Assembly (NCBI GenBank): GCA_030151365.1
Contig: JASLDW010000092.1
Span: 35,742-99,741, forward strand
Reading direction: 5' to 3'
Length of the DNA: 64,000 nt
Source: Lysobacter sp.
Lineage (GTDB): Bacteria > Pseudomonadota > Gammaproteobacteria > Xanthomonadales > Xanthomonadaceae
Position 1 is the stretch's first letter. Every line of letters starts with the position of its first letter. The position numbers were made by a program, and so were the translations under genes. The notes under the pieces are model-generated. The model made no database searches. It was not told where the DNA came from and saw only the letters and a program-made list of their open reading frames with translations. Shown here piece after piece: positions 18,444-27,649 of the stretch.

Positions 18444-20143
18444 GGCTTCGCCGGGAAAGGTTCGACGGCAAGCGTGGTCGCGCGCACGCCGGAGCCGGGC
18501 AGGATGTAGATGGCGGATTGATCGATGGTGACCGTCGATGGCGACTTGAGCGCTTTCATCGCACGCGTGGCCAACCATTCCGAACGCTGCTGGCGCAGGC
18601 TGCGGTTCTGCTCGTAGCTGCCGGCTTCGTCGGTGAAACCGGACGCCTTCAGCCGGAACGCGATCCCGCGCGCCTGTCCTTCGGCGACCAATGCATCGAT
18701 GTCGTGCATCAGGTCCTCGATCTTCCGGTCCATGCCGTTGCTCGGCTGCGCGGTGCCGCTGTCGAACACCACCGCCGCCGATTCGATCCGCTTGATCAAT
18801 GCATCGACCCGCGGCTTGCCCGGATAGGCGAGGGCGCCGGCATCGAGGCGCACGGAATCCAGTGGCACCGCACCCGGTCGTGTCGCTGCATACCATTTCG
18901 GGAACGGCACTTCACCGCGCAGGCGGACCACTCCTTCGGATTGCGCGTATTGCACGTTGGTCTCATCCAGGCCCAAGCGCCCGGCGACGCGGCGACGGAT
19001 GATGGCCGGTTCGAGCGATGCATACGGTCGCACGTCCCAGGTGACGCGGGTGTCAGGGTCGTGCGCGGCCGCCCATGCCTTCACGCCTTCGGCCTGCGGA
19101 TCCATCAATCCGCTGACGACCACGCGGTTGCGATGGCTGTCATCCCAGCGGGTGATCACCAACCCCGGCTCGGCGGCCAGGTGATCGCGCAGTGCCGAAG
19201 ACCGCATGTGCCAGCGCACCTGCATCGCGACGTAGGCAAGCGCGGCGACGGCCAGCACGATCAGCGCCCGTTGGGCGATCTTGCGTTGGCCCTGCGCCTT
19301 CCCGGCGGCGACATCGTTGCGCGGATTCAGCGCCTCGAGTTGCGATTGGCCGAGCAGCCCGTGTTCCGGGTCGCCCGCCTGGCCGTCCGCAGCCAGCTGG
19401 CTGCCGTGATGGGCATGCAACGCTTCGTTGATTTCGTCGAGGCGAACGCCGAAGTGCTGGTCGGGCACGCCGCGCACGAAGGCGACGAGGCGCGCGTGCG
19501 GGCCTTCGCTGACGGCGAGGTGATAGCCGCCGACCATCGCCGAACCGATGCCGCTTCCACCATCAACGAGTACGGAATCGCGAACGAACTGATTGATCGC
19601 GGTGAACATCCCGGCGACCGCGTCCGCATCGAGCTCCGGCAAACCCTTCGCGGTGACGTGCCCCAGCAGCAAGCCGCTGTCGGGCTCGATCATGAAGAGA
19701 TGTTCGACCTGGTAGCGCGTGGTCCGGCGCAACACCACCCAGGCATAGGGAATGCCGGTGCGCCAGGCTTCGAAGCGCCAGCGCAAGGCGCGCGGGCTGA
19801 AGGTCTCGCGCATCGAACGATCGAAACCGTCGGACATTTCGCGCAAGGCTTCGGCGATGGAACGACGGATCGCCGGGCCGATCACCGGATAGACGACATT
19901 GACCACCGTCTCCGGCTTGCGCCGCACCGCCAGCTCGAGCGAGCCGGTGGTTGCTTCCGCCAAGGCATCGCCCAGGCGCGTGCGCTCGCCGTCGCGGACA
20001 TTGCGCTCGATGTCTTCCGCGAGCCGATCCGGAACCGTGGCGAATTCCGCCCTGGTTTCCGCCAGCTTTTCCTCGAGCACGTCGAGGCGGCTGCTCTCCG
20101 GGGTGAGCAGCAAATGGCGCAGGCGGTCATATTCACCGCTCAC
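18440..20143 (-). CDS. Single-pass membrane protein: cytoplasmic helical + longin-like domain, periplasmic BON-like + OmpA-like domain
   Basis: SGLLL...DADAVAGMFTAINQFVRDS; TM ALIVLAVAALAYVAM; VFDSG...GFTDEAGSYEQNRSLRQQR. Confidence 0.8.
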   Translation of the reverse strand: MSGEYDRLRHLLLTPESSRLDVLEEKLAETRAEFATVPDRLAEDIERNVRDGERTRLGDALAEATTGSLELAVRRKPETVVNVVYPVIGPAIRRSIAEALREMSDGFDRSMRETFSPRALRWRFEAWRTGIPYAWVVLRRTTRYQVEHLFMIEPDSGLLLGHVTAKGLPELDADAVAGMFTAINQFVRDSVLVDGGSGIGSAMVGGYHLAVSEGPHARLVAFVRGVPDQHFGVRLDEINEALHAHHGSQLAADGQAGDPEHGLLGQSQLEALNPRNDVAAGKAQGQRKIAQRALIVLAVAALAYVAMQVRWHMRSSALRDHLAAEPGLVITRWDDSHRNRVVVSGLMDPQAEGVKAWAAAHDPDTRVTWDVRPYASLEPAIIRRRVAGRLGLDETNVQYAQSEGVVRLRGEVPFPKWYAATRPGAVPLDSVRLDAGALAYPGKPRVDALIKRIESAAVVFDSGTAQPSNGMDRKIEDLMHDIDALVAEGQARGIAFRLKASGFTDEAGSYEQNRSLRQQRSEWLATRAMKALKSPSTVTIDQSAIYILPGSGVRATTLAVEPFPAKP

Positions 20144-20153
20144 GGCGGGCGCC

Positions 20154-20744
20154 TCAGGCGTGTCCGCTGTCGTCCTGCGCGCCTCGCAGGCGCAATGAGA
20201 GCTCCGCCATCATGTCGGCGAGGTCCTCGCGCGCCACCTTTTCGTCGCCCAAGCGGCGATGGCCGGCGGAGAACTGTTCCTTCGCGCCCTGCAGTGCCGC
20301 ACCCATCTGTTGTTCAAGCTGGGCCATCGCTTCGCGCGCGCGCGATTCCGTCGCGATTGCATCGTCCTCGTGGCGCTGCAGGGTGGCGGTGAATTCGTTG
20401 GACTGGGTGCGCAGGGCCTGGTTGAAGCGGCTCTCGGCATCTTCCAGCGCACCGCTGCGGGCAGCCGATTCCTGGCGCAACTGCGCCTGCAGGCGTTCGA
20501 TCTGGGCGTTCGCGCGCGCCTCGAGCTCGGCCACGCGCTTCTGGCAATCAGCCTGGATGCGGGCGGATTCGGCCTCGAAGCGGTCGTGGAGCTCGGCGAG
20601 GCGACGCTCGAAATCGCGGACCACGCTGCCGAACATCAGCTCGCGGATCTGTTCCATCTTGTGTTCGCCCTGCGGCGGACTGGCGGCACCGTTCGCCTTG
20701 TCGGCGCCTGCGCCCGGATTCTGTTGCCCGTTCTTGCCGGCCAT
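20154..20744 (-). CDS. Coiled-coil hypothetical protein, first gene of the GTPase operon
   Basis: MEQIRELMFG..RDFERRL, long heptad-rich helix, ends KVAREDLADMMAELSLRL; 10-bp gap to next gene. Confidence 0.8.
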   Translation of the reverse strand: MAGKNGQQNPGAGADKANGAASPPQGEHKMEQIRELMFGSVVRDFERRLAELHDRFEAESARIQADCQKRVAELEARANAQIERLQAQLRQESAARSGALEDAESRFNQALRTQSNEFTATLQRHEDDAIATESRAREAMAQLEQQMGAALQGAKEQFSAGHRRLGDEKVAREDLADMMAELSLRLRGAQDDSGHA

Positions 20745-20850
20745 GATGCGTTTCCCTGTCGTTTCGAGCATTTCGGCGGGAATACTGGCAGAGCGCCGCA
20801 ACGCGGACAAGCGACCTACATCGCAATCGCTGAATGGGCGCCGCCTCCGT

Positions 20851-21456
20851 TCAGCGTCGTGTGGACTGGATGAAACCGAGGAATTCGTTGCGGGTGCGGG
20901 CATCCTCGCGGAAGGTCCCGAGCATGCTGGAAGTGAGCATGCTGACGCCGCGCTTGTGGATGCCGCGGGTCGTCATGCACTCATGGGCGCCTTCCACCAC
21001 CACCGCGACGCCCTGCGGCTGCAACGCGCGCTGGATGCACTGGGCGATCTGCGCGGTCATCTTTTCCTGCACCTGGAAGCGCCGGGCATAGGCCTCGACC
21101 ACGCGCGCCAGCTTGCTGATCCCGACCACGCGACCGCGCGGCAGGTAACCGACATGGACGCGGCCGATGATCGGCGCCATGTGGTGCTCGCAATGGCTTT
21201 CGTATTCGATGTCGCGCAGGACGATCATCTCGTCGTAGCCCTCGACTTCCTCGAAGGTGCGCTGCAGGTAGTCGTCGGGATCGATGGCGTAGCCGCTGAA
21301 CCAGTCGCCATAGGCCTTGACCACGCGCTTGGGCGTGTCGAGCAGGCCTTCGCGCTCGGGATTGTCACCGGCCCAGCGCAGCAGGGTGCGCACGGCGGCT
21401 TCGGCATCGGCACGGGCGACGCCGTGGCGCTGGTCGGGAGAGTCGGATTCGTCCAT
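20851..21456 (-). CDS. folE: GTP cyclohydrolase I
   Basis: [33 protein letters not shown]. Confidence 0.96.
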   Translation of the reverse strand: MDESDSPDQRHGVARADAEAAVRTLLRWAGDNPEREGLLDTPKRVVKAYGDWFSGYAIDPDDYLQRTFEEVEGYDEMIVLRDIEYESHCEHHMAPIIGRVHVGYLPRGRVVGISKLARVVEAYARRFQVQEKMTAQIAQCIQRALQPQGVAVVVEGAHECMTTRGIHKRGVSMLTSSMLGTFREDARTRNEFLGFIQSTRR

Positions 21457-21489
21457 ATGTGGAATGGTAACGCGGCGAACGCGTGGCGA

Positions 21490-22299
21490 TCAGAACGAAT
21501 TGTCGCCGTCGAGGATGCGGCCGAGGCTGCCGAGCACCGAACCTTCGCCCCGCGATTGACCGCCACCCTGCGGTGCCGCTGCGAACATGCGCCCGGCCAG
21601 GCGCGAGAACGGCAGCGATTGCAGCCAGACCTTGCCGGGACCGGTGAGCGTGGCCAGGAACACGCCTTCTCCACCGAAGAACATGCTCTTGAGGCCGGGC
21701 ACGCGGCGGATGTCCATGTCGACGCCGCCGGTATAGGCGACCACGCAGCCGGTATCGACGTCGATGCGCTCGCCCGCGACCAGTTCGCGTTCGACCAGGG
21801 TGCCGCCGGCGTGGACGAAGACCCAGCCGTCGCCCTCGAGCTTCTGCATGAGGAAGCCTTCGCCGCCGAACAGGCCGGTGAGGATCTTGCGCTGGAAGGC
21901 AATGCCGAGCGAGACACCGCGCGCGCCGGCGAGGAAGCTGTCCTTCTGGCAGATCAGGCGACCGCCGAGATCGGAAAGCTTCAGCGCCAGCACCGTGCCC
22001 GGATAAGGCGCCGCGAACGCGACCTTGGCCTTGCCGCTGCCGGTATGGGTATAGACGGTGGTGAACAGGCTTTCGCCGGTGACCACGCGCTTGCCCGCCG
22101 ACAGCAGCTTGTCCATCAGGCCGCCGCCACCCGACGAACCATCGCCGAAGATGGTTTCCATCTGCACGCTGGAATCCTTGAACATCAGCGCGCCGGCTTC
22201 GGCCACCGCGCTTTCGCCGGGATCGAGTTCCACCTCGACGAACTGCATGTCGTGGCCGACGATGCGGAAATCGATCTCGTCTGCGTTGCGCTGGCTCAT
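21490..22299 (-). CDS. TIGR00266/AIM24-family protein
   Basis: DMQFVEVELDPGE..AEAG, GESLF, FGGEG twice, GPGKVWLQSLPFSRLA. Confidence 0.88.
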   Translation of the reverse strand: MSQRNADEIDFRIVGHDMQFVEVELDPGESAVAEAGALMFKDSSVQMETIFGDGSSGGGGLMDKLLSAGKRVVTGESLFTTVYTHTGSGKAKVAFAAPYPGTVLALKLSDLGGRLICQKDSFLAGARGVSLGIAFQRKILTGLFGGEGFLMQKLEGDGWVFVHAGGTLVERELVAGERIDVDTGCVVAYTGGVDMDIRRVPGLKSMFFGGEGVFLATLTGPGKVWLQSLPFSRLAGRMFAAAPQGGGQSRGEGSVLGSLGRILDGDNSF

Positions 22300-24047
22300 G
22301 GCGATTCCTGGAATGGGGGAAATGCGGAAAGTCTACGGCCCAATCCCGACACGCGGCTGGCATGGCGCGACAGGGCTTTGGAAATCACGTCGGCGCTGCC
22401 AGCGATGTGCAGGGCATTGCGGGCGCGGGTCATCGCCGTATAGATCAACTCCCGGCTGAGGACTCGACTGTCGACGCGCGGCAGCTGCAGCCACACTTCG
22501 TCGAACTCGCTGCCCTGCGCCTTGTGCACGGTCATCGCGAACGCCGACTCGTGCGCGGGCAACGCCGCCGGATGGAAGGCGCGCACGCCGCCTTCGCCGG
22601 CGAACCACGCCAGCGGGACGCCATGCTCGTCCGGCAGGCAGATGCCGACATCGCCATTGAACAGGTGCAGCTGGTGATGGTTGCGGGTCACCAGCAACAG
22701 ACGCCCGGGGAACCACGCCGGCGGCGTGCCGATGCGGCGCCCGGACAATGAAGCTTCGATTCGTGCATTGAGGCCACGCGCGCCTTGTGGACCCTCGCGC
22801 AATGCCGTCAGCAGGCGCAGGCGGTTGGCCTGCTTCAGCGCCTCGGCGGGATCTTCGATCGTGGCCAGCGCACGCCAGTGTTCGAGGAGTTGCGGGCGCG
22901 CCTGCAGCGGATCGTCGACGCCCTCGTGAAAATGCACGTTGGACAGGCTACCGCCGCGCAACAGTGCAAGCGCTTCCGTGGACGCACCTTCGCGCACCGC
23001 GTCGGCCAATGGCGCCAGCTGCAATGCCGCGCTCTGGCGCCAGCCGCGCTGCAGGTGCACGCGATGGCCACGCAAGTTGTCCGCGGAAAGGATCGCCGCC
23101 AGCACATCGCCGGCCTCGACCGAAGGCAGCTGGTCGGCATCGCCGAGCAGGATCAGTTGCGCACCGTCGGCGACCGCTTCGACCAGCTTGCACATCAACG
23201 GCAGGTCGACCATCGAGGCTTCGTCCACCACCACGATGTCGAAGGGCAAGGGATTGTCGGCGTCATGGCGGAAACGCGCGGTGTCGGCGATGGTGCCGAG
23301 CAGGCGATGCAGGGTGCTGGCGCTGGTCGGCAATGCCGCGATCGAGTCGGCATCCACGCCCGATGCTTCCAGTTGTCGTGCGGCGCGCTGCAGGCTTTCC
23401 GACATGCGCTCGGCAGCGCGACCGGTCGGCGCGGCCAGCGCGATGCGCGGCGATGGCTTGCCGGCGGCAAGCGTCTGGGCGATGCGCAGTACCAGCAGGC
23501 GCGCAATGGTGGTGGTCTTGCCCGTGCCGGGACCGCCGGTGATCAGCACCAGCGCACGGTGCAATGCCAATGCCGCGGCACGGGCCTGGAGATCGCCGTT
23601 CCCGGCTTCGGGAAAGAGCGTCGCAAAGAGCGGCGCGATCGTGGCGTCATCGCCTGCGAGCGACCGCGCCGCGATGCGGTGCAGCCCCAGCGCCAACCGG
23701 CGTTCGTATTCGCGGTAGCGGCGCAGGTACAACAGGCCATCTTCCAGCACGAGTGGCGCGGCGACGGATTCCGCATCCTGCGTTTCCGGCGCGGCGACGA
23801 AGCGCGATGCCTGCAACGCCAACAGCCATGCCTCGGCGTCCGGCCATGGCAGATCGGCATCGATGAAACGGTTCGGTCGCGCCGGATCGAACGCGGCATG
23901 GCCTTGCGCGACCGCCAGCGACGCCAGCGCTGCCGCGGCCAATACGTCGTCCGGCGTCGATGGATCGAGACGACGCAGGCTTTGCGCCAGTGCATCGTCC
24001 AGCGTCCGCAGCGCCCCACTCTGTCGCAACGCGCGCAACAGGCTCAT
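22296..24047 (-). CDS. recD: Exodeoxyribonuclease V alpha subunit
   Basis: GGPGTGKTT, APTGRAA, DEASM, TVHKAQGSEF. Confidence 0.96.
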   Translation of the reverse strand: MSLLRALRQSGALRTLDDALAQSLRRLDPSTPDDVLAAAALASLAVAQGHAAFDPARPNRFIDADLPWPDAEAWLLALQASRFVAAPETQDAESVAAPLVLEDGLLYLRRYREYERRLALGLHRIAARSLAGDDATIAPLFATLFPEAGNGDLQARAAALALHRALVLITGGPGTGKTTTIARLLVLRIAQTLAAGKPSPRIALAAPTGRAAERMSESLQRAARQLEASGVDADSIAALPTSASTLHRLLGTIADTARFRHDADNPLPFDIVVVDEASMVDLPLMCKLVEAVADGAQLILLGDADQLPSVEAGDVLAAILSADNLRGHRVHLQRGWRQSAALQLAPLADAVREGASTEALALLRGGSLSNVHFHEGVDDPLQARPQLLEHWRALATIEDPAEALKQANRLRLLTALREGPQGARGLNARIEASLSGRRIGTPPAWFPGRLLLVTRNHHQLHLFNGDVGICLPDEHGVPLAWFAGEGGVRAFHPAALPAHESAFAMTVHKAQGSEFDEVWLQLPRVDSRVLSRELIYTAMTRARNALHIAGSADVISKALSRHASRVSGLGRRLSAFPPFQESP

Positions 24048-27000
24048 GCCGCGGCTCCCGTGGCGACGTGGCCGAACAACGCGTCAAGAGCGTGCACCAG
24101 TTCCGGCGCGAAACGCTGGGCGAAAATCCCCGGTGAATCGCCGGATTCGGCATCGAGTCCGCGGCAGAACAGATAGCGGATGCCGCCGAAATCGCGGGCG
24201 TAGTCGTATGCCGCACCGAGGCGGAAGCGCAGCCAGCGATGCAATGCCAGGGTATAGATCAGCGCCTGCAGGTCGTATTCGCTGTGCGCCATCGCGCGCT
24301 GCAGCGATGCACCGTCGTACGCGGGCAGGCGGTTGGACTTGTAGTCGAGCACGTACCACTTGCCGTCGACGCAATAGGTCAAGTCGACGAGGCCGGTCAT
24401 CAGCCCTTCCAGCCGCTGGCGCAAGCCGAAGCCGTGGCGATCGCGGACCACGCCATGGGCGTGCAGCAACTCGAGCATGGCGTCCACGCGCACCGGTCGG
24501 AGCGCGAACTGGAACTCGATTTCCGGGCGACGCTGGCCTGCCGGGACATCGCACAAGCGCACGCCTTCCGGCAATGCCACCGTCAACGTCTGCCCGACAA
24601 GTCGGGTCGTCAGCGCGATGCCCTCGTCCAGCACGTCGGCACCATACCCTTCGTCGCGCAGGGCCTTGGCGATGATGTCGGCTTCGCGCATCGGGGCGAC
24701 GTCCCCCGCGTGCCAATCGCGCCACGCGGCGAAATCCGCATGCTCGAACGCGGCATGCAGGGCGACACCATAGCGATTGCCGGAAAAACGCAGATCGAAT
24801 CCGTCGTCGACCACGTCAGCGGGGGTATCGGGTTCGTCGTTGCCGCCACTCGCGGGCAAGGTCGATGAACTGCTGGCATCGCCGGCATCGGCTTTGGCGA
24901 GCTGGCTGAAACTGTAGACCCACCAGTCGTTGGCGAGAAGTCGTTCGGCCTTGCGCGCAACCGGCACTTCGGCCGCATTCTCCTGCGGCAGGCGCGGCAG
25001 ATCGCCACGCGGCGGATCCGCATCGATCACGATGCCTTCGACGCGGGCAAGCGCCTCGACGTCACGCAGCATCTTCGCCAGCGCGGTCCTGTCGTGGTTG
25101 TAGAACGCGCCGCCGGCGATCCACAGCGCGTGTTCGGCGCGCGTCAGGCCGACATACAGCAGGCGTGCGTCTTCGGCCACTTGATCCCGGATCCACTCCC
25201 GATGCGCATCCCTCCAATCATCGGAACCCGTGGCCAAGGGCCAATGCAGGATCCGCCCATCACCGTCGTTGGTGACGACGCGCCTGCCCGGCATCTGTAC
25301 TGGCGTCTTGCCGCCGATCCCTGCGAACGGCAGGAACACCAGCGGATATTCCAGGCCCTTGCTCTTGTGCAGGGTGACGATCTGGACCCGTCGCGCATCC
25401 GATTCCAGGCGCAACAGCTGTGCTTCATCGTTGTGGTCGGCGTCGGCGATGCGCTGCTCGAGCCAATCGACCAACCCATGCAGGCCAAGCACGTCCTGCT
25501 CCGCTTCCTGCAACAGTTCGGCCAGCTGCAGGTAGTTGCTGAGCCGGCGCTCGCCATCGAGCAGGCCGAGCAGGCGTTCACCGGCATGCGCGGCAAGATC
25601 GCCGACCAGCGCAAGCGTGCCCGCGCGATCCCGGCGTTCGCGCCATGCCTGCGCATCCTGCTGCCGCGCGTGACTGGCCGCGGCGTCACGATCCAACCGT
25701 TCGATTGCCGCCGCATCGGCGCCAATCAGCACCGTCGACAACGCCGCGCGCAAGCGGCGGTCATCGCCGATGTGCAGCAACGCCAGCAACAATGCATGCA
25801 ACTCGCGGGCTTCGAACGTAGCGAACAGGCTCAGCTTGCCGGCGGCGACGGCGGGAATGCCGACTTCGGCCAGCGCCTGGCGGACCAGCGTCGCCTCGGA
25901 ATGCGAACGCACCAAGACGGCGATATCGCCAGGCTGCACGGCACGCATGCCGTCGCCATCCTTCAGCATCGCCTTGCCGGCACGCGCATCGGACAACACG
26001 CCATGGATCGCCGCGACGCAGGCACGGGTGGCGAGGTCGCGCGACTGGCCGGCACTCCACGGTGCCTGCTTGCCCTTGGCATCCACGGGCGGCAACGGCG
26101 CCCGCCACACCGTCAAGGCTGGCGCGACTCCGTCGTTGCGCAGGAAATCCGCGTCGTGGATTGAGCCACCCGACTCGACGGGGTGGAAGCGAATGCGCGG
26201 GTCGATGAAAGCCTCGACGCCTGCCTGTCCGTACATGGCATCGATTGCGGCCAGGACTGAAGGCCGCGAACGGAAGTTGTGCGACAGCCTGGGCGCTTCT
26301 TCCGCGGTTTCGCTCGCGGCCAGATAGGCATGGACATCGCCGCCACGGAACCCGTAGATCGCCTGCTTGGGATCGCCGATCAGGAACAATGCCGGCCCGG
26401 GGCTGCCTCTGCCGAATACGCGATCGAATATCGCCCATTGGCGGGCGTCGGTGTCCTGGAATTCGTCGACGAGCGCGACTCGGTATTGGCCGCGCAGCCG
26501 TGTTGCCAACACGTCGCCATTGGAACCCGCCAGCGCACCGGCGACGCCATCGATCAGGTCGTCATGGGTCTGCATCCGCAGCTGGCGCTTCCGCGCGGCC
26601 ATGCGCACGCGGCCATCGCCACGGATGCGATGCAGCAACGCGGCACGACGCCTGGCGACATATTCGGCGTGCGCGCCCAAGGCATCCAGATAAGGCGGGA
26701 TTGCCGCACACAGTGGCGAATCCGGCGTCTTCCCGACGTGCGCCTTGTTGGTTTTCGCAATCAACGCTTCGCGCGTCAGGTTGGCAAGCCTGCCGTGTTC
26801 GAACGGAAGGCCGCCACCTCTCGTGGCCCATTGCATCGCCTCGTCGAACAGAGCGTCGATCCATTCGCTCTTGTAGCTCTGCCCATTGAGAATCCGTTCG
26901 GCGACTGCCGCCAGCAATGCGGCGCGGCAGTCTTCGCCATGCGCGCGGAACGCCTTCGCCAATTCCGCCCCGGCCGCGTGCAATGCCGGCGCAGGATCTT

Positions 27001-27649
27001 CGGGCAATGCGGTTTCCGGGGGCAGCAGGACCGGCTCGCGCAACAACGCCGGAAGATCATCCGCCAAGGCACTGTAACCCTGGCCCCACAATGCGACGAG
27101 GTCGTTCGCCGCATCCGCATCGACCGCATGCGCGCGCCAGAGATCGGCGGCGACCTCTTCGCGCAGATCGCGGTCGCTCGCCAGCAATTGCGGCGCGTCG
27201 AACGCATGGCCCGCTTCCAGCGCATGTTCGCGCAGCACGCGCAGGCAGAAGCCGTGGATGGTGAAGATGGCGGCAAGATCGGTCTCGAGCACGGCCTGGC
27301 GCAAGCGCCGACGCAAGGCATCGCGACTTTCGTTGCGCTGCGCGAGGTGTGCATCGAGGATCGCGCGCGTCAAAACCGCTTCCGGTGCTTCATCATTCGC
27401 CGAATCCGCATCCAGCACGTCGAGCGCCAGCTGCAGGCGTTCGCGAATGCGCTTGCGCAACTCCTGCGTTGCCGCCTCGGTGAAGGTCACGGCGAGGATT
27501 TCGCCGATGCGCATGTTGCGTTCGACCACCAGCCGCGTCACCAGTGTCGCCAGGGTGAACGTCTTGCCGGTGCCGGCGCTGGCCTCGATCAGGCGCACGC
27601 CGTCGAGCGGCAACTCCAGCCAGGGATCGTGCGCTGCACCGGTGCTCAT
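24044..27649 (-). CDS. recB: Exodeoxyribonuclease V beta subunit
   Basis: ASAGTGKT, DEFQDT, GDPKQAIY, HKSKGLEY, nuclease motif DYKSN. Confidence 0.96.
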   Translation of the reverse strand: MSTGAAHDPWLELPLDGVRLIEASAGTGKTFTLATLVTRLVVERNMRIGEILAVTFTEAATQELRKRIRERLQLALDVLDADSANDEAPEAVLTRAILDAHLAQRNESRDALRRRLRQAVLETDLAAIFTIHGFCLRVLREHALEAGHAFDAPQLLASDRDLREEVAADLWRAHAVDADAANDLVALWGQGYSALADDLPALLREPVLLPPETALPEDPAPALHAAGAELAKAFRAHGEDCRAALLAAVAERILNGQSYKSEWIDALFDEAMQWATRGGGLPFEHGRLANLTREALIAKTNKAHVGKTPDSPLCAAIPPYLDALGAHAEYVARRRAALLHRIRGDGRVRMAARKRQLRMQTHDDLIDGVAGALAGSNGDVLATRLRGQYRVALVDEFQDTDARQWAIFDRVFGRGSPGPALFLIGDPKQAIYGFRGGDVHAYLAASETAEEAPRLSHNFRSRPSVLAAIDAMYGQAGVEAFIDPRIRFHPVESGGSIHDADFLRNDGVAPALTVWRAPLPPVDAKGKQAPWSAGQSRDLATRACVAAIHGVLSDARAGKAMLKDGDGMRAVQPGDIAVLVRSHSEATLVRQALAEVGIPAVAAGKLSLFATFEARELHALLLALLHIGDDRRLRAALSTVLIGADAAAIERLDRDAAASHARQQDAQAWRERRDRAGTLALVGDLAAHAGERLLGLLDGERRLSNYLQLAELLQEAEQDVLGLHGLVDWLEQRIADADHNDEAQLLRLESDARRVQIVTLHKSKGLEYPLVFLPFAGIGGKTPVQMPGRRVVTNDGDGRILHWPLATGSDDWRDAHREWIRDQVAEDARLLYVGLTRAEHALWIAGGAFYNHDRTALAKMLRDVEALARVEGIVIDADPPRGDLPRLPQENAAEVPVARKAERLLANDWWVYSFSQLAKADAGDASSSSTLPASGGNDEPDTPADVVDDGFDLRFSGNRYGVALHAAFEHADFAAWRDWHAGDVAPMREADIIAKALRDEGYGADVLDEGIALTTRLVGQTLTVALPEGVRLCDVPAGQRRPEIEFQFALRPVRVDAMLELLHAHGVVRDRHGFGLRQRLEGLMTGLVDLTYCVDGKWYVLDYKSNRLPAYDGASLQRAMAHSEYDLQALIYTLALHRWLRFRLGAAYDYARDFGGIRYLFCRGLDAESGDSPGIFAQRFAPELVHALDALFGHVATGAAA

